A DNA stretch of 63,623 bases, counting the filler, from Octopus bimaculoides (Eukaryota): the NCBI RefSeq assembly GCF_001194135.2. It is 4 parts of 3 records of this genome, joined end to end, with 100 filler letters (N's around TTAATTAATTAA, not from the genome) between each part and the next. Parts side by side here need not be neighbours in the genome. Positions count along the whole stretch, not along the records: positions 46,829 to 61,812 come from NC_069000.1; positions 61,913 to 63,623 come from NC_068990.1; 2 more parts are not named here. One strand, 5' to 3'. Positions 60,305 through 63,623 of the stretch are shown here, one piece after another. Each line of letters opens with the position of its first letter. Position 1 is the first letter of the stretch. The notes below the pieces were generated by a model. It was not told where the DNA came from, made no database searches, and worked only from the letters and a program-made list of their open reading frames with translations. The position numbers and the translations under genes are program-made.

Positions 60305-60978
60305 CAGTTTTATATAATAGTGTATAATAGCCCTATGATTTTATATTTCTTGTAACGAAAGTACGAGATTCTTGTGGTTACAAAACCTCACCCTTGGTCT
60401 ACAAAAGCAGTCAGACAATACCAATACGCCCTGACTTGCGCGCTGAATAAGAAACAATCCAATACAACGGCCTCAGCTTCTTTCAATTCGTCCTTGCGAG
60501 CCTACAAAAAGTCCTCTCTCTCTTTCTTCTCCGTCTCTGTCTGCCTGTCTCTCTCTCTCCGTCTCTGTCTCTCTGTCTCTCTGTCTCTTTCTGTCTCTCT
60601 GTCTCTCTCTGACTCTCTCTTCATGAGACAGATGTGATGTATGTTAACTTCTTGTTTGCTCTCAGACAAATTCCTTGGTCAATGATATTAAGTCCCACGG
60701 GAAATACCTCCACCATACCAGCTCCCTCGATTGAACTTGTCTATATTTCAATTTTCCTTATTGAACGCAACAAAGATGACTCTGCCAAGTTAATTTGGTG
60801 TCGTTGTGGTGCGTAGCGATCTTACTGTTGTGATTGTTAAACAAGTCATCAAAATCTCGCTTCATTTCTATGAAAAACAACACATAATAATCTTTGTTCA
60901 AGTTTTGTGCAATATTTTTGATCGACTTTTTCTTTTTTGCTCTGTGTGTGCATATGTGTGTCGGGGCATGTGTGAATA

Positions 60979-61105
60979 CGAGTGTGTGTGCACGAGTGTG
61001 TGTGTGCACGAGTGTGTGTGCATGAGTGTGTGTGTGCATGAGTATGTGTGTACGAGTGTGTACACACGAGTGTGTGTGCACGAGTGAGTGTGAATGAGTG
61101 TGTGT
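60979..61105. repeat. Minisatellite of about 14 bp (GAGTGTGTGTGCAC) derived from (TG)n
   Basis: About 9 units with CACGAG/CATGAG variants. Confidence 0.75.
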
Positions 61106-61424
61106 GTTTGTGTGCAGCTGTCAAGGTTTACGTTACTCGCCGTCATCTTGTGTTTCATGACAGTTAAGGACAAAAAACAAAATGTAAAACACTTGAAAAT
61201 GTTCAAAATTCTGTTTTTACTTTTCTGTTTGTTTTTTTTTGTTTTTTTTTCCCCACAATTAGGGGAAATGATATCAGAGAAACCAACACGTTGATATTTC
61301 TTTGAGATTAACTCAAGAAACTAAAACCGAAGCAGAAAAAAATATCTCACTGAATTGATCAAAATACAATTTAACACCAAAAATTAACCATAATGATATT
61401 AATCCTTTCTATTATTTGAACAAA

Positions 61425-61610
61425 GCCTGCAATTTGCGGGGAGAGGGTTAGGCGATTACATCGACTCCAGGATTCAACTGGTATTTAATCTATCGAACCC
61501 GAAAGGAAGAAAGGCAAAGTCGACCTCGGCTAAATTCGAACTCGGATCGTAGCGACAGACGAAATACCGCTAAGCATTTTAGCCTACGGTCTAACGATTC
61601 TGCCAGCTCA
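61425..61610 (-). mobile_element. SINE group A copy
   Basis: Reverse complement of the consensus, abutting an (AAT)n tract. Confidence 0.8.
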
Positions 61611-61812
61611 ATAATGATGATAATAATAATAATAATGATGATAATAATAATAATAATAATAATAATAATATAATTATCTTTTATATATTTCGAAAAAAAA
61701 AGTAGTTTTTAGCTATTAATTGCTCTAAGCCATTAATGTCTAGTTTAATTTGCTTATTTAATTAAATAATTAAATAAATTTAATTTGGTATATTTAATTA
61801 ATTTCTATAATG

Positions 61813-61912
61813 NNNNNNNNNNNNNNNNNNNNNNNNNNNNNNNNNNNNNNNNNNNNTTAATTAATTAANNNNNNNNNNNNNNNNNNNNNNNNNNNNNNNN
61901 NNNNNNNNNNNN
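61813..61912. other. Artificial 100-bp scaffold spacer
   Basis: 44 N + TTAATTAATTAA + 44 N. Confidence 0.93.
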
Positions 61913-62300
61913 TGCTGCACCTCTTATGTGTCCATAGCTTGCACCGGGTACATCTTATAGAGTTACTACCTACTCCTTTTCTACATACTGAGCAGGGCCA
62001 TCTACCTGAAGGGGTTTGTGTTTTATCTACCTTCCTACTTATTAGGATTTTGGTTTTAGCTAGGTTGACTCTAAGGCCCTTCAATTCTAGACCTTGCTTC
62101 CACACCTGAAACTTCTCCTCTAGTTCTGATAGTGACTCCGCAATTAGGGCAAGGTCATCAGCATAGAGGAGCTCCCAGGGGCAACCTGTCTTGAACTCCT
62201 CTGTGATTGCCTGGAGGACTATGGTAAATAATAGGGGGCTGAGGACGGAACCTTGGTGGACCCCTACCTCTACCCGGAATTCATTGCTGTACTCATTAAC
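61913..62300 (-). mobile_element. Non-LTR reverse transcriptase fragment (RTE-like) with downstream PHD-like Cys/His finger
   Basis: Stop-free frame of about 129 codons: GVHQGSVLSPLLF...ELLYADDLALIA...LELKGLRVNLAKTK...CSVCRKGVGSNSIRCTRCKLWTHKRC. YADD is at 62154-62165. The 3' side is cut by the artificial spacer. Confidence 0.88.
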
Positions 62301-63325
62301 ATTACAATATAATTATACTATAAAAAGATATAATATGATTTCATATAACAAATAATTAAAACAAATATGTACCCTACAATTTGTTTCGATTCATACCCAC
62401 TAGTGAATTTATAAAAAATTCTCACTTATGCATATGAGTCTTGTCAGGGTAATATTTGTCTAAAAAAAGACAAAAATTTCATGCAAGGACTGCTAAATCA
62501 TAAAATAGACTGATCTAAAATATACCTATGTTTACAAGCGTGAGCATTAATAATTTTAAAATATAATAAAAATAAAACCAAAATTCAAATAGATAAAATA
62601 AATTAAATAAACAAAACAATTACAACAGTCATAAAATATTCTTATGCCTCTTTAATAATATTAATCTAAAGATATTTTAATCTAAAATAATCACTGCTCA
62701 TTTTTATTATATAATAAAATCTATATAATATGTTAAGAAGTAGGAAATATATTTTGTTTAGAATTTCTATATACTATTATTTTATTCAGACACTAAATTC
62801 ATTAAAAAAACTTTAAGTCAATGATTCATTAATTCAAAAGTTTCTCCTAAATGCGCCAATTTTAAATAAATGTATAAAGTTATGATTATTATAAACTATA
62901 CTATTCCTTACATAAAAATAATAATAATATATAAATAAATAAAGTATCAGAATTTTACTTAGTTTTACAGAAGGCAATAAATTACAGTAAGCCAATAGTT
63001 TTATTATTCTATAAATTTTTATGTGCATACAAGTTTGAAAGAACATAATATGATGATATATACTAAATATTATAAGGTCTACAAGAAATATTCATATATG
63101 GATAAATATTCAAAAGGCTATATAATTATATTTAAGAATCATTCTAATCTATTTATGCATACTAATATAAACATTATTCTTAGTAAATAACAAGTAAAAT
63201 CCACAAATTTACTTAGTTCATCAAAGGAAAATACCACTGTAAATCAATGTTTATCTATACATGTAAATTTGACATGGGTGATTCTTTCTTGTCTGAGGAT
63301 TCATGGTCGAATGGCTGGGTGGAAT

Positions 63326-63623
63326 TGGAGCACCGCCTTTAGTCAAGCAAATCGACCCCAGGACTTATTCTTTGGAAGCCTAGTACTTATTCTATCGGTC
63401 TCTTTTGCCGAACCGCTAAGTTACGGGGACGTAAACACACCAGCATCGGTTGTCAAGCGATGTTGGCAGGGACAAACACAGACACGCAAACATATGCTCA
63501 CACATACATATATATATATATACATACATATATACGACAAGCTTCTTTCAGTTTCCATCTACCAAATCCACTCACAAGGCTTTGGTTGGCCCGAGGCTAT
63601 AGTAGAAGACACTTGCCCAAGGT
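63326..63623 (-). mobile_element. SINE group C running off the window end
   Basis: Near-consensus reverse complement of the 3' half, the microsatellite and part of the 5' half. Confidence 0.88.

Noticed and set aside
61135-61146. ATG ACG|GCGAGT as a GC-AG first exon of the EF-hand gene
   Set aside because: The non-canonical donor is weak and there is no support. The GT donor at 60274 is a better candidate.
155-61294. Low-complexity ORFs ([12 protein letters not shown], poly-M/D/V/R/E/S)
   Set aside because: They are direct translations of di- and trinucleotide microsatellites, with no domain content.
62301-63290. Very AT-rich stretch as a mitochondrial insertion or Helitron
   Set aside because: I could not recognise any mitochondrial gene, tRNA or Helitron terminus.

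Overview
Repeat-dominated eukaryotic genomic DNA, most likely an octopus (inferred from the SINE families and the extreme microsatellite load, not from a database search). By my tally about 8.5 kb (about 13%) is N gaps. Three identical 100-bp spacers (44 N + TTAATTAATTAA + 44 N) split the window into four blocks whose adjacency is not guaranteed. Most ORFs in the supplied track are microsatellite or N artefacts. Host genes that can be supported: (1) a spliced calmodulin-like EF-hand gene on the minus strand, missed by the ORF track, with exons 59616-59655 and 57228-57371 that have canonical splice sites and calmodulin intron phases, and no visible downstream exons; (2) a tRNA-Arg(TCG) gene at 51405-51477. 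Mobile DNA includes many copies of three tRNA-derived SINE groups, several RLE-type (R4/Dong-like) non-LTR fragments stacked inside (TAA)n tracts, an RTE-like RT fragment with an open frame, three DD37D (maT) remnants, a mariner remnant, a 620-bp fold-back element, and Penelope-like remnants carrying minimal hammerhead ribozyme motifs. The best leads are an unassigned 350-nt rod-like fold-back with G.U-supported helices (2597-2944), the hammerhead motifs, the (TAA)n-targeted retroelement stack, and the divergent calmodulin paralogue. All alignments and folds were done by eye. I see no proof of a wholly new system.
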